From assembly GCA_030141605.1 (NCBI GenBank), contig JAQGDQ010000031.1:806001-870000 (forward strand): a stretch of DNA of 64,000 nt. Direction: 5' to 3'. Numbering within the stretch: the stretch's first letter is position 1; the number at the start of each line of letters is the position of its first letter. Position numbers and translations under genes: made by a program. The notes beneath the pieces were generated by a model, which did no database searches, was not told the DNA's origin, and worked only from the letters and a program-made list of their open reading frames with translations. Source of the stretch: Tubiluchus corallicola (lineage: Eukaryota; Animalia; Priapulida). Below are positions 49,701 to 62,724 of the stretch, piece by piece.

Positions 49701-52700
49701 GCTATAAGACGCTGATGTGATGTCATGAAAATGAGCTCTATGTTACACTGACGTCACAGATGAACACTGCAGCTCATGATCATGCTTATCACGGGACAGC
49801 ACCTATATGTCGGCCATGCAAGTTTGACAAACAGGCACCATTGCCAGTCTTAGAGGATTTGCTGAACCGCGCGTAGCTTTGAAAGTTCAACAAATTTTTA
49901 ACTATCCGAGGTAATTATTATTTAATCTAAGCTTTGATTTAAAAAAAGTTACTGTAGTTTTCAATATTTTAGAGCATATTTTATTTTGAACTAATGCCTA
50001 CGCAATCGTCCGGTTGTCCTTTAATGATATAATACTATATCTATGGTATAGCATTAGCAAATCATAAATTTGTTTGAACTGCAGCACTCACAGTTCTGCT
50101 CGTCCTATCTCCACTCCCCATGCTTTTGTTAGCTTATTCACTTCTTCTATAAGTTTTTGTGCTACAAGCATTTTCTCTGTCTCAATGTCAACGACAGACT
50201 TCTTTTGTAGGATGGAAGTGAGTGTGGTCTGAGCCAGAACACGCGTGGAATGATTGAGATCTTGCACAGTGTACGTGGAAAGTACAGCATCACTGATACG
50301 AAAGTACACGTCTGCACCAACTTCAATTATACCTTCATCATCTGTCAACACCTTAGTAGAAAATTACATAGACATAATTATATTTTTGTAATAACTATAA
50401 TGACTTTTGTTAAAAGAACTTTAAAGATTAGTTGCAAATGATGATGAACAACAAAAAATTCAAATAAGATGCGTAATTTACAGAATAAAGTAAAAACAGC
50501 AAAAAAACAAACAGCCACATAACTCCTTTAGCAAATAACAGATACCTCAAAAGTCACAATAAAATTTTCTTTCACACCCAAAACATGCACAATTTGGAAA
50601 TTTAAATTAATATGATGAATCTTAACATTTGTTTACCTGTTACTGTAAAGAAAAAAACAAAATTTTTGTACCTGCTGTGGAGGAATGTTAAACGCTCTAA
50701 CCCTGAGATCAACTTTTGACCATCGGTCTATTAACGGAAATATGACAATGTAGCCAGGACCCTTTGGTGGAGCTTTCAAGTGACCAAGTCTGTACACTAC
50801 AGCACGTTCATGTTGTTTTAATTTCTGCAAGGCATAAAAATCTAATATGCAACAAAACCATTATATCTTAGTAATTAATTAATACTAAATAAATTAATAA
50901 TAAGTTCAACAAACAAAGCAGATAACCAATTGAAATTAGATAATAATTATACTACTTATTATGCTAATTAATCATTTCAATATGTAACACACATTTTTTT
51001 TTTGTTAAAGTAATAAAACATATATATAAAGTACTAACATATATATTAACACACAAACCGTAACTTTAAAACTTCAAAAAAAAATGAAAAAAATTTTGTT
51101 CAGCAGTAACGGTTGGCTCACATGTAACTTAGTTACTTAGTTAGTTGTAATAAACTCACCTTCAGACAGAAGATTAAAGACAATGGAGCAACAGCAACTA
51201 ACAGAACGTAACAAGTAGCAGTGATAACAGTTTCAATGCATCGTATTGCAAATGAAGACTGAGCTGGAAATGGAATGAAAAAAACAAAACAGTAAAAGCG
51301 ATTTGGCATGGCAGCCAATCCAGTATAAATATGTTCACGTATCTCTATATTCCACAAGTCATGTTTAAGACATTTTGGTAAATATAAAAACAGCAGAACA
51401 AGAAACAAGCAAGAATTGCAGTTCATTTCGGAGTCACTTTTGGCAAATTGCTGACCAAAAATAAAAATTAATTAACTGACTTTTAATTTGCTTGGCCCAG
51501 CTCCTTATTCCTTACATAACTTTCATAGGCCCATCTTTTCCTGTGAGCTCCTTATTCCCTACATAACTTTCACAGGCCCATCTTTTCCTGTGACATACAA
51601 AGTGAATGGTTGATTTTTGTTTGTTTATTAATGAACAAAACCGTGCTGATATTAGCAATGATACTATCACATTTAACTTAAACTTAGTAAGCTGAAAATT
51701 TTGGCTACTTCCGCAGATTATCAACTACTAGTTGCAGTGTTTAGTTGGAATTTTTTATATGAAGTCAACTCACTGTTTGCTCCTCGGTTAAATAGAAGAC
51801 CCTTATAAAACCAAATTTTTAATTCCAAAAAAAACAGAAGCTTGCTGCTCAGACAAATGATACCTAATGATAGGTAATGACAAGTAACGTTTAGTCAATC
51901 AATCATCGAATAATAATTAAAAATTGACTATTGATCGATGTCTATAACCAATTACTGAAATATGCAAAATTTTACACAGAGTTTGCATGTAAATTTTTCC
52001 GACCATCTTTTCTAGAGTAGGGCTGCATTTTTGAAAGTGCACTTCTGAATATGTTAGGAGTCATAAAACTTTCTGTCATTTATCGATAGTTAAGGAATGC
52101 ACAGTAAAGTAGCATAGTATTAATTAACACTACGATAGGCTCTCAAAACCTCTGCCAAGATTACAGATGTTAAATGATACAAATTTGGCAATACGATATG
52201 ATACTTTTTTCCAACGATACGATAATGATAAACTATTTTTTAGACGATACGATATGATAAGATAGATACTGTAACTAAGACAATTTATGCAAAAACAGAA
52301 AAGTATTATTAATAATTAAAATTATTAAGCGCTTCAGAGCACTCAGTGTGCTGTATACTTAAGTGGCTGCTAGTTGTGAAACAAAAGTTTGTTTGTTATA
52401 ATTATTTATAAATAAGTAAGCCACGACAGATAAACATATTACTGCGATAAAAACATTGATTTATGCGAGCTGCACACAACCAGGAAAATGATACTAAAAA
52501 TACGGTATAGTATATTTGACATTCACTCGTCAGTATCAAAGTGTAAAAAGGGGTCTCTATACTTTGTCAGTATGATTCAGAATGAAAATAGCCATTATTG
52601 TAAAGCAAAAATACAAGAAAATGATTCGGCATCTGACAAGCTTATACGGCCCAATTTTAAACCATTATTTTTTCCACTTCTTTGCTTAATTACTGTAAAT

Positions 52701-53564
52701 AAGTGGAAAAGAAAGGTGAAACAATTTTATAAAGATACGTGATAAGCAACAATACGTGTCAAATTCAAAACTATAACGATATTCCTGAGAAAATATCGAT
52801 ATGATAACGATAAAAACAAATCAATAATTATTGATTATCACATCGATACAAAAAATTGTTTCATCGTTGTCGATACATACAGTTATTGTTAACATCCCTA
52901 ACCAAGATAACACTTTAAATGTGGAGATCCAAGGCACTGTAGCTTTATGTCTTCTACAGCCTTGTATATAATATATAGTCTAGACGTGTAAGTCCTAGTT
53001 ACCTTATATAAACTGCAACTCCATACCATACATAAACAACAATAAGGAATGATGGGCGGTCATATTTTGTCTGATGTAAATATAGGTTTTAACGTTATTA
53101 GTTTAGTTATTGATTATTTCACTTATTTGTACAAATACACATGTTAATTAATTGAAGTACTTTGCGTAATAGTTGTAGTTAAGTCATAACTCATTTTGCC
53201 AATGTATGTTTTCGTTATTAGTAATTCAATAATTCTGAAATAACATTCAAAAAGAAACAATAATCGACACACAACTTGTAATTCAGTACAATGCCTATTT
53301 AAATTTTGAATATCCAAACTTAAAAATGTAAATGCAAACTGTCTTACTTCTTTGGTAGCTTGTTGAACCTCTAGTTTCATTATCAATTCTACTGTATGAA
53401 AAAGCAGACTTGAATTCTCCACCTAGACTGCCAAACTTGCTCTTACTGCCATACGAGAATGACGAAGAAAAATCAGTTGAAGAGCCATAATCAAAAGAGA
53501 TTCTTTCCTCATCTGTAGAATTCTCTTCCGTTGGAATTCGGCTATACTTTACTTTCGGCAACAT
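46785..53564 (-). CDS. STOML1: Stomatin-like protein 1 (SPFH/band 7 plus C-terminal SCP2 sterol-carrier domain), about 425 aa
   Basis: Exons in transcript order: 53348-53564, 51160-51263, 50672-50824, 50092-50351, 48925-49073, 48125-48316, 46785-46987 (1278 nt, in frame). A hydrophobic segment precedes SPFH (HERAVVYRLG..KGPG..VDLRVRAFNIPPQ..AWGVEIGRAEL). SCP2 follows (YQFDVSG..FFLDLKYGSG..PDVTF..AYMNGRLGIVGNL). The SPFH+SCP2 architecture is diagnostic. Confidence 0.93.
47329..47876 (+). mobile_element. Non-autonomous element family B (TTAA TSD, AGG...CCT ends; Kolobok-like)
   Basis: TTAA|aggaagaccggacgattg ... caatcatttggtttcct|TTAA; colinear with 49491-50020. Confidence 0.85.
49491..50020 (+). 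mobile_element. Non-autonomous element family B, second copy
   Basis: TTAA|aggaaaatcggacgattg ... caatcgtccggttgtcct|TTAA; 18-bp TIR with 2 mismatches. Confidence 0.85.
51499..51592. repeat. 47-bp tandem duplication
   Basis: agctccttattccYtacataactttcaYaggcccatcttttcctgtg x2. Confidence 0.9.
52162..52900. mobile_element. hAT-type MITE with GATAC subterminal repeats
   Basis: gccaagat|tacagatgttaa ... ttaacatcccta|accaagat (8-bp TSD, 7 of 8 match); many ACGATA/GATAC motifs. Confidence 0.75.
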
Positions 53565-54351
53565 ACCCAGCTGTTTACATTCAGTTGTGCTTGAAAAATT
53601 AATACACCAGAACTTAATCATTGTTGAACTGTTGCAGATCAGAATGTGGTATACATGAAATACATAAAAGTAATTACTATAACTACAGTATATGTAAACT
53701 AAGCATACAGGTAAATGTTAGAGTACAATTTAGCTTAATAACTATGCATTCAAGAAAGTCCGTCTATAGTGCATTTGTAATACAATAATTGCATGTCCAT
53801 ATTATTTTTTATCCTAAAAATGAGAAGTTGGCTATCTTATAGAAAGAGATGAGGGCATTGGTTATTCAGTGACACTATGTTCAGCTGACACTAAGTCTAA
53901 TTAACATTTATTTTGAGATAAGTTTAACTGACTTCCTTGACTAAGTGATTATTACCGTGACCCGAGAGACTTAATTCCATAACTCGCTTATTCACTCAAA
54001 ACCCTTGAGGTACATACAATTATTTGTGACCGTTATAGACGAGATATTTCAATAAAAAATACCCTAAACTGGGTGTACGAGGTAAAGATATAACGCAATG
54101 CATCTGGAACAAATCAAAATCAGACAAACAATTAACAGTCTAAAATAAACTGATGCAAAATGATCTAGGTAACAGATATAAATTATGTACACACAATCAG
54201 CAGATATTTGTATTGCTTGCAACTAAAATTACATGACTAAAGTGCCATCAATTAAAGTATTCACTCTCCTGAAACTCACCTGCCAATCTTAATTTACTGT
54301 TTTTGTTTTATAATTTATGTATAGGAGCTTACTCAGTTAATGTAATTAATA

Positions 54352-57061
54352 GGCAGTGGCCAGAGGTACGGATCCGTACTCGTCTTTTCTGCGATATCGA
54401 ATACGGATCCGTAGCTATTTTTGCAACAAATACGGATCCGTGCTTTCTGTGACATTTACAAAACATATGGATTTTGACCATTTTTATGACATATGGCATT
54501 TGACCATGTGCCCTGCACATCATTGAAAAGTACATGACCACTTCATGAAAATAGTGATATGGAATTATAAAGCCTGTAGCCGTACCATTTTTCTTCGTGA
54601 TAAAATAGTTGCACTGTAAATATTAGTTGGTCTCCTTTCATTGTCTTGCAAATTGTTAGCTTTGATATAGTGCTGTGTGTTTTGATGTGCAGTAGGCCCA
54701 GTTAGCTGTAAGATTAGTTTAAATCTTAGAGTACTATGAATTTCTTATAGTGTTGTAATATGATGACCTACCAGCCAGTATTTTTTTTCTATAGAGTGTT
54801 TTGAATGTGATAACCTACTAAACTGCATTTTTCCTTAGTTTGGGTTGTGATTTATTTCGAACATACCAAAAATTTTTAGTCTTTATGTGATATACAATAG
54901 GTCCAATTTATAAGAGCTGCTAAACTGTTACATGCACCTGTTGCAAAATAATTTATGCTGTAAATATTATAGCGTGTCAGTATTACTTGCTTGATTTATT
55001 ATTTTGTTTGTCATTGTAAACATTTTAAAGCATCTTTATGTGAGCCAGGTTCCTTATTAATTAGTTATTTTAATATTTTGTTTATCAAAGCTGTACTACA
55101 ATCAATGACTGCCATATTCCAACTCAATTTTTGTAGTCTATTAAATAAGTCATTTCTATTAAAAAATAAAAAGGCCATTTTGCAAATTCGCATTTAACTA
55201 AAGGCTGCAATAAGTATAATTACGCTCGATTGTCACATTAATCCACTTTATATTGAGTTAAAACATCAAGTTAACTTGCACTCAGTCAGTCCAATGAACT
55301 TGTTTATGATCTATAATGAATTACCCATTTTTACATTATTAATTCTGCAGTTCTAAACTTTACTGAATACAAAATCACACTGTAAATAAATCTAGTTTGG
55401 TAAATTAATAAGACTGAGATTAATTAAACTAAAATGACCAGTTCATAATGATGCCAAACAATACAAAAATGATGTATTTACTTAGTATCTAGTATTTGCC
55501 AATATATCTGACAAAATATACCACTATCACTGTGAAAAACTACTCTGTCACTACCAAGGTAAAGAAACCTGTTAGCATCTACCAACTAACTCGCTTGCCC
55601 AGGTGAAAACAGATATGCACAGGCGAGTGACCGTGGTCACGTGACCCACAAGATACTTGACGAAATTCCCTACAAAAGCACTTTTATGCTATGTGAGTAG
55701 CAACAACTTAAATACCAATAAATGATATCATCACGAGTCATTCACATTTATTATTAGTCAAATCGTTCAAGGTGCTAACTGTAGCAATAATCCAGCAAAC
55801 ACTGACTTTATGGGCCAGACTGAATCGTTTGAGAATTGTGCTTCCCAATGTAGCAGTACTAAAAATTGTACCTGTTGTTTTTAAAATCTTTTATGAAGAC
55901 CTTGACTCGAGTTTTGAAGTCTTAGTGCATTTAACTCATTTAGTCATTCGTTATTCATTTAATGACAGTTATTGTTTGCAGTGCTGTAGTGTTTCAGCAT
56001 TAACTTTCTTAGGTGTAATATCAAACTGAGAGTGTATACAAAGCATTTATTAAACAAAATTTCTTAAAAAGTAAATAAAAATCTTATAAAATCAGCCTAT
56101 TATTTTTTTGCCAGGAAATTCCCAGACGCAAAACATTGCTCATGATTACAAATATTATGTTTTTTACTCAAGCCTATTTCTGATACTAATTACACAGACT
56201 CAACTTTCATCTACCCCACCCCTGATATACATAAAATGACTAAGAATATAAAATTTATGAAATGTAATGCGTGTCATGTTAATTATGTAATGTCAAATGT
56301 ATAAATAGTGTAAATGTAATGAGTATAAAATTTATGTAATATAAAGCGTGTTTTGTTAATTTGTCATGCCAAATGTATACACAGCGTAAATGTCATGTAA
56401 AATTTAATGTACATTTGTAATATTATTTTGTAAAAATATTTTAATAACGTGTTTGTAAATATGTCCATTTATTGTAAATAATTACACCTTAGTTTTGCAC
56501 TTTAATTTTTCTTAGTCTGCACTGGTCGCATTGGTCTTGAAAACTCAATTTTATTATAAGGAGTGAACATTTTAATGACAAATAAAGAATTAATATATAT
56601 GCAGTGTGAAGGGCATGATATGGTTGAACGATGTACTATGTACATCGTGCTGTGTGAGTTGTTGTTGAAGGTTTACAAGCAAAATTGGGGTCTGGCTAGC
56701 AATTTGTTATTGATTCGCGATTATATCTCCTAGCTTCACATTAAAAAATGGTTTTTAACAATAGGGCACACATACCAAGGCTAGTTAATTTGCTGCCCAC
56801 ATTTTTGCGGATACGAGGATATTCAATTTCACTCAATCTGCAGATTTTGCGGTTGCAGATCAAGAAAGTGACATTCGCCCGTCTCTGATGGCGATTCGTA
56901 GTAGTTTATCGTCAATATCATGGTACGGCGATCCGTATTTTCTCGTTAATATCTTTTGTGGTATGGATCGATCCGTACTTTCTAGTGAATGCTTTCGAGA
57001 CACAGATCCGTATTTTTAGTTGCTGCAGTCCGGATACGGATCCATACCTTTAGTCACTGCC
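54352..57061. mobile_element. 2.7-kb non-autonomous DNA transposon with perfect 9-bp TSD (MULE- or Merlin-like by TSD and GG..CC ends)
   Basis: TAATTAATA|ggcagtggccagaggtacggatccgta ... tacggatccatacctttagtcactgcc|TAATTAATA; repeated (CG)GATCCGTA motifs near both ends; no transposase ORF. Confidence 0.8.
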
Positions 57062-57249
57062 TAATTAATAACAGAGTACGCCCTAATGGGTAGATTACAG
57101 TTTAGGTGGTTTTTTTTAAGGCACTCTCACATCGCAAAAATCAGAAATATCACTGAAAGCAGGACTACAATAGAAAGATGCATCCTTTATCTGCACACTG
57201 ATGTAAAGAAAAGTTGAAACATACTTCCTATTTATGAAACATTTTTTTT

Positions 57250-57470
57250 TAAAAAAACTTACTGTTAGCGTCGCAAGAACGGACTAAGATTGAGTGCTTT
57301 CATGAAATATTTTTTTGGGAGTTAGCAGAGAGAGCGATATTTTTTATCTACTACTGTGTGCGACAGCCTTCACAAAATAACAACGCTAACTGAAAAAGTT
57401 AAAAAGAACTACAAGCGAATTTTCTCAACGTGCGCCATTTTGCGTGTGTGTGTGTGTGTGCCAGTAAGCC
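57250..57470. promoter_or_regulatory. Putative divergent promoter / first exons (STOML1 on minus, unknown transcript on plus)
   Basis: CpG-richer patch; minus-strand donor GTAAGT starting at 57262; YY1-type CGCCATTTT at 57433-57441; plus-strand donor GTAAGC at 57464. Confidence 0.35.
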
Positions 57471-58287
57471 GTTTTGTAACTTTTGTTTCTCTTTTGAAAT
57501 GCGGCACAACCAGCAAAGCAGGGTTGTGGTTTATACAATAAAATAATTAATATTGGAACGTATGATAATTTGAGGCTTCGTACCATACAAAAAGGTGACT
57601 GTATCATATGAAGATTGTTAATTAGTTTGTTAGTTAGCTATCTAAGCTAGTCAGTCAATCAATTAGTTTTGGCGAGTTTGCGGTATGGCAGGTTGGGTGG
57701 ACAGCTTGGCGTTCTTGGCATTTTTGGCACTCTTGGCGGTGAGGCGAGAGAGGGAGGGGAGATTTGGAGTGGGAAGGACGTAGAGTGTCGGCAGCGGGAC
57801 TGATAAAAAAAAGTGATATAGGAAGGTAGTAGGGTGTGCGCCCCACTTATAAATATTATCAGTACTAATATTGGGGTAGCTGACTAGATGACCATTGGTC
57901 TTTCGCTGGCTGTCCCTTCTTCACGACATTGTTCAAAAATAACTGTTACTAAGTGTTAGCACATACCGTTAATGTTTTGTAATGTATGGCAAGAAAAATA
58001 AGGATTACGTTATGTTATTATTTGACCGTTTTGTTGACGTTTTTATAGTCTTCTGAGCAAATATGGCACTTATACATCAAATACTTCTCAACATTTATAT
58101 TGTTTAGCTATATAAATATTAGCTTTATATTTATATTTATAACACTTTGACAAAAACAATTGCCTTTTGGTAATATGGTTAGCCTTTGCATTTGCCTCAC
58201 AGTATGGTAGATCTTTGACAGTAACTGAGTAGTTTTTCCTAAGGTAAGTTCCTATACATACGCGAACTTTATAATCTGTAAAGGACC

Positions 58288-58528
<241 letters not shown>

Positions 58529-59163
58529 CCATAGTACACGTAGTATAAACCTGTGAGAAATTAAACAGAGCTGGCAAAGAGAAACCGATGAAGTGTGTAA
58601 CAGGCTTTTATTTGAAGGTAGAAAAAATCAAGCAATTAGTGATGGACATAATGGTAGAGATGAAGCACGATGACGATTTAACTTTAAACGGAAATTGTAA
58701 AGTAATAGCAATGTAGTATAATGTTCAGAATTGTGGGATGATACAGCATCTGTTACAAGTCTAATGTGTCTGCAGCTTATAATTTTAACACATGTTTCTG
58801 TACGAATATAAAATTATCCTTCTACATTAGCAAGTCTAAATTAAGATAAATAGCAGCCTAGCAATACAATGCTCAATTATGACCACCAATGAAGGATTAA
58901 ACATATGTTAAGTTCAGTTTTAATTATATTAACAGTAGTCCTCGTTGCTAAGGTCTAGATAGCACAAGCAGATACTGTAACTTCCATTAGAAAATCTCCC
59001 GTCGTGAAAAAACCAGGCTGCTGTAATAATTATGTATTTATCTACAAGCTAGCTGATGGACTTGCGTTAAGTAAAAAGCATCCTGATAACACGCATGATA
59101 CACATTTCATTGATTTGATTGAGCATTATTACTTTTTAGAGCAAGCTTAATTATTGCACACAC

Positions 59164-59443
59164 TGGGTGTGAGCATTCTCTGCCAGAAAGCGAATTTTAA
59201 TTAAATCGAATTTGTTGCTTTCGAAACTCGTATCAAAGTAAAAACACTAATAAGTTGTTAGATATTTTGCACACTAATGACAGCTAAACCCTACTGATTG
59301 CATAATGTTTCAAATGTTTTAATGATAAATAATGTATGTATTTGATGTACTGAATTATTTGAACTTATAATTTTAAATTTTAATCGAATTCCGACTAAAA
59401 AAACTTGTTCAAATAACATTCAAATATTCATTACTCACCCCTA
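59164..59443. mobile_element. hAT MITE, TTCGAA family, old internally deleted copy
   Basis: tgggtgtgagcattctc ... tactcaccccta; homologous to 60657-61258. Confidence 0.7.
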
Positions 59444-59734
59444 ATACACATTTGCTGTCACCTATTTTTTTTACGTTTTTGACAACTAAACCTATAAAAT
59501 GATATTATTCTGTTCTTTTTGAACCATGTTTTTTGTTTTTATGTTATTTTTATGTTAGGACCCATATTGTGAATGTAATTTTTGTGTTTTTTGTTTACTT
59601 GATAATTATGCTCGTTTGTTATTTTTGCATAACAAATAAAAAGTTTCTGTACTGTAGAAGTGCAAGGTTTTCAAATTTGAGTCTTATCGTGGATTACATT
59701 ACTAAATTACAAAACATTTTGATGAAATTATTGT

Positions 59735-60377
59735 TAATGATGTTAAATGATACAGCATCGAATTGATAATTATTGATACCATTTCGTATCGTTTGGCATC
59801 AATAAGTCATTTTCCCCTGTTGTTATCATACCAATTTTCCACCCAAAAAATCACTATTGTGCTGATAAAATTGTGTGTCACAGTTGTATTCGTAGCCCTG
59901 TATTCACAATAAATATTTGCCAACACGTTTGAAAAACAAAACTGCACCCGAAGTTTTGAAGATTGAACATGACAGTGTCTATACAAAAGTAAGTTTGCTA
60001 CTCATATTTTTACGAAATTATTATTATGGTGAAATTCTTTGAAATTTTTTGGTGTGATTCTGATTGTAATAACATTAGTTTATTAATTTTTGGGGAACTT
60101 AGAGCAAGATTTTTTTCAAAAAGTTTTATTCAATTCAGTAAATATTATTTCGGTACTACTCCTATTATTATTAGTGTTTTGTCAGTTTCTGAAATACTTT
60201 GTTTATTGTTATAATTATGACAATTACAATAATCATAATGTTATATTGGTATGTAAATGAACACAGTTAAAAATTGTTTTGTATCGTTTTAAAAAGTGTA
60301 TTGAACGGTATTGTATCGCTGAACCTTTCTTGTATCAAAATTGAATCGAAATCGAAATGTATTGACTTATATCATTA
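59735..60377. mobile_element. hAT MITE related to 52162-52900
   Basis: attattgt|taatgatgttaaatgatac ... ttatatcatta|attattat; GTATCG motifs; left end shares gatgttaaatgatac with 52162. Confidence 0.55.
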
Positions 60378-60656
60378 ATTATTATTATTATTATTTTTAT
60401 TTAGTACAAATTATCATTACTGATGTTATTTAAATGGTGTTTTGTTGTTTTGGTTATACAACATTCTAAAAAACATAGCATGTCCCACCTATTGATTTCA
60501 TGCATTCCTGTGCACTGCCCCTGCCCACAATGCAACATCCCTCAAATCTAGATTTGCTTTTGCTAAGTCTTTTTGCAGTATATCTATATACGTCAGTAGC
60601 CGACGAAATGGTGTATGGAAGTTTACAAATAAAATTAAGAATAACTAAATGATCAT

Positions 60657-61258
60657 TAGGGGTGAGCATTCTCTACCAGAGAGTGAATTCGAACCAAACT
60701 GAATATGTAACTGTTGAATTCAAATCGAACTGAACTTCAGTATTTCAAATTCGAATTGACATTGAAAAATTTTTGAACAAGTTTTCGAACCACCAGTAAA
60801 AATTTGTTTTACAGAGATCATGCATATTACTCGATTTTGTTCTGCAGTAAAACCATTAATAATTTGTTTAAAATTGTACACAGAAATCACAGCTGATTGC
60901 ATGATGTTTCAATCGTTTTAATGATAAAGATTCAGATTCATTTATTTTCCCTTTTGTTAGAGGGATGGAATTCCGGAAATGCTGAAATTAGTAGACTCAC
61001 TATATTGGGATGGCAGACTAGATGACTTTTTTGTCTTTTGCCATCCCGTCCTTCTCTAAGCTTTGTAACTCATTGTTAATTACTATCTATGATTGTTATT
61101 CTGAAGGCGAAACATAAATTATTATTATTATTATTATTGAAGGTATAAAGAACGTACGTGATTGAAATGCTGAATTACTCGAATCTATAATTTTAGGTCC
61201 GAATCGGATTTGAACTAAAAAAATTCGTTCGAACTGGCACGTTGGATACTCACCCTTA
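60657..61258. mobile_element. hAT MITE, TTCGAA family, with internal insertion
   Basis: ATGATCAT|taggggtgagcat ... atactcaccctta|ATGATCAT (perfect 8-bp TSD); about 200-bp insert near 60930-61140 ending in (ATT)n. Confidence 0.88.
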
Positions 61259-61276
61259 ATGATCATCACTCATCAA

Positions 61277-61612
61277 TATGGGTGAGCATCGAACGTTCGA
61301 GTTCGAACGTTCGAATCGAATTCGAACGAGTTTTTTTAGTTCGAACTCGATTCGAATCCAAATCTATAGATTCGAATAATTCAGCACTTAAATCACACGT
61401 GTTTTTCATCACTAAAACGATTGAAACATTATTGTAGAACAAAACCTAGTGATATGCATGGTCTTTGTAAGTCTTTGTAAGACTAATTTTTGCTGGTGGT
61501 TCGAAAACTTGTTCGAAAATCTTTCAATCTCAATTCGAATTTGGTTCGAATTCGAAACACTGAAGTTCGGTTCGATTCGAATTCGCTTTCTGGTTGAGAA
61601 TGCTTACCCCTA
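61277..61612. mobile_element. hAT MITE, TTCGAA family, least decayed copy, opposite orientation
   Basis: CTCATCAA|tatgggtgagcat ... atgcttaccccta|CTCATCAA (perfect 8-bp TSD); dense TTCGAA/TCGAA palindromes. Confidence 0.9.
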
Positions 61613-62329
61613 CTCATCAATCGCCATCCAGCAAGAGCAGGTTTGGAAGAAAATCATGTGAATAAAAATAAATACGTAAGAACGATGCGCCATCCTTGCG
61701 ATTTACAAATACAAAATTATTTGATAAATGGCTACCGTTAAATTATTTTGTTAGTGGTTTTATGTTATTGTTTTAAAATGACATTACGGATATGTCTTTC
61801 TGTCTTGCAATGAGGAAAAGATGTACGAACGATCTAATTGTGTAAAGTAAGTTATAATATACGTTATTGGTCTTAATAACACTTATAAGCTGGAAAAAAT
61901 GAATGTCTAGTGTTTAATCTACGAATACGAGTTTATTATCATGATTAACAATATTATGAATTGCAGCAGGTATCGTCGTTACAGCATTAACAAATTTTTA
62001 TTTGTTGCAGTTAAATGGCGCGTCTTAAGTATTTTACACGCAGATTTGCATGCTGTGAAATTTAATGCAGAGATGGAGTTGTGAACTTTTTTGAAGTTTT
62101 AAAAATATTTTTTTTCGACTTTTATGATTAATTTATTATTGTTGCTGGCGTTGTTGTTGTTGTCCTTTTCCTTGCCGTTGCTGCTATTAACTACTATTAT
62201 CAGGCATAATCTATCAGTTACAGTCACTGCAAATGAAAGAAACAACAGTTCTATTATGTCGTACACTTATATGGGTCATATCGTGTAACATTAGATATTT
62301 ATATTGTATTGGGCATAAGAAGCATAATT

Positions 62330-62724
62330 ACGCTTATTCAAACCCAATAGATCTGGAGTATTCTGGGTGTATGCAGTCATTGTTTGGGCTCTGCAATACG
62401 TATCTTTTAAAGAAAAGTTGGAAAAGGTTCAACGAAGATGTCTACGTCTTGCTAGCGATCTGGATATTAACAAAATATCTACCTTAGAGGAGAGACGACA
62501 CAATTGATCTTGTCACAGTTTTGAATCCGAATGATTTTTTTGAACGTCCTCATAGAGAGTTACTTGGTCGTGAACGGAAACTACATGTCAGATACCCTCG
62601 CACAAATATAAGGAAGCACTTTTTATCCAAACGTGCTGTGCGAAAGTGGAACAATCTAGGCAGTGATATTGTTAATGCCCCCAGTGTTGAGTGGTTTAAA
62701 CGAGCACTGAGGGGAGTGCGTTGA
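62330..62724 (+). mobile_element. CR1-clade LINE 3' remnant
   Basis: LEY..., KKLEKVQRR, TLEERR, RTNIRKHFLSKRAVRKWNNLGSDIVNAPSVEWFKRAL. Confidence 0.8.

Noticed and set aside
61277-61612. Regular TTCGAA repeats resembling an array
   Set aside because: Irregular 6-bp motifs bounded by TIRs and an 8-bp TSD; these are MITE subterminal repeats.
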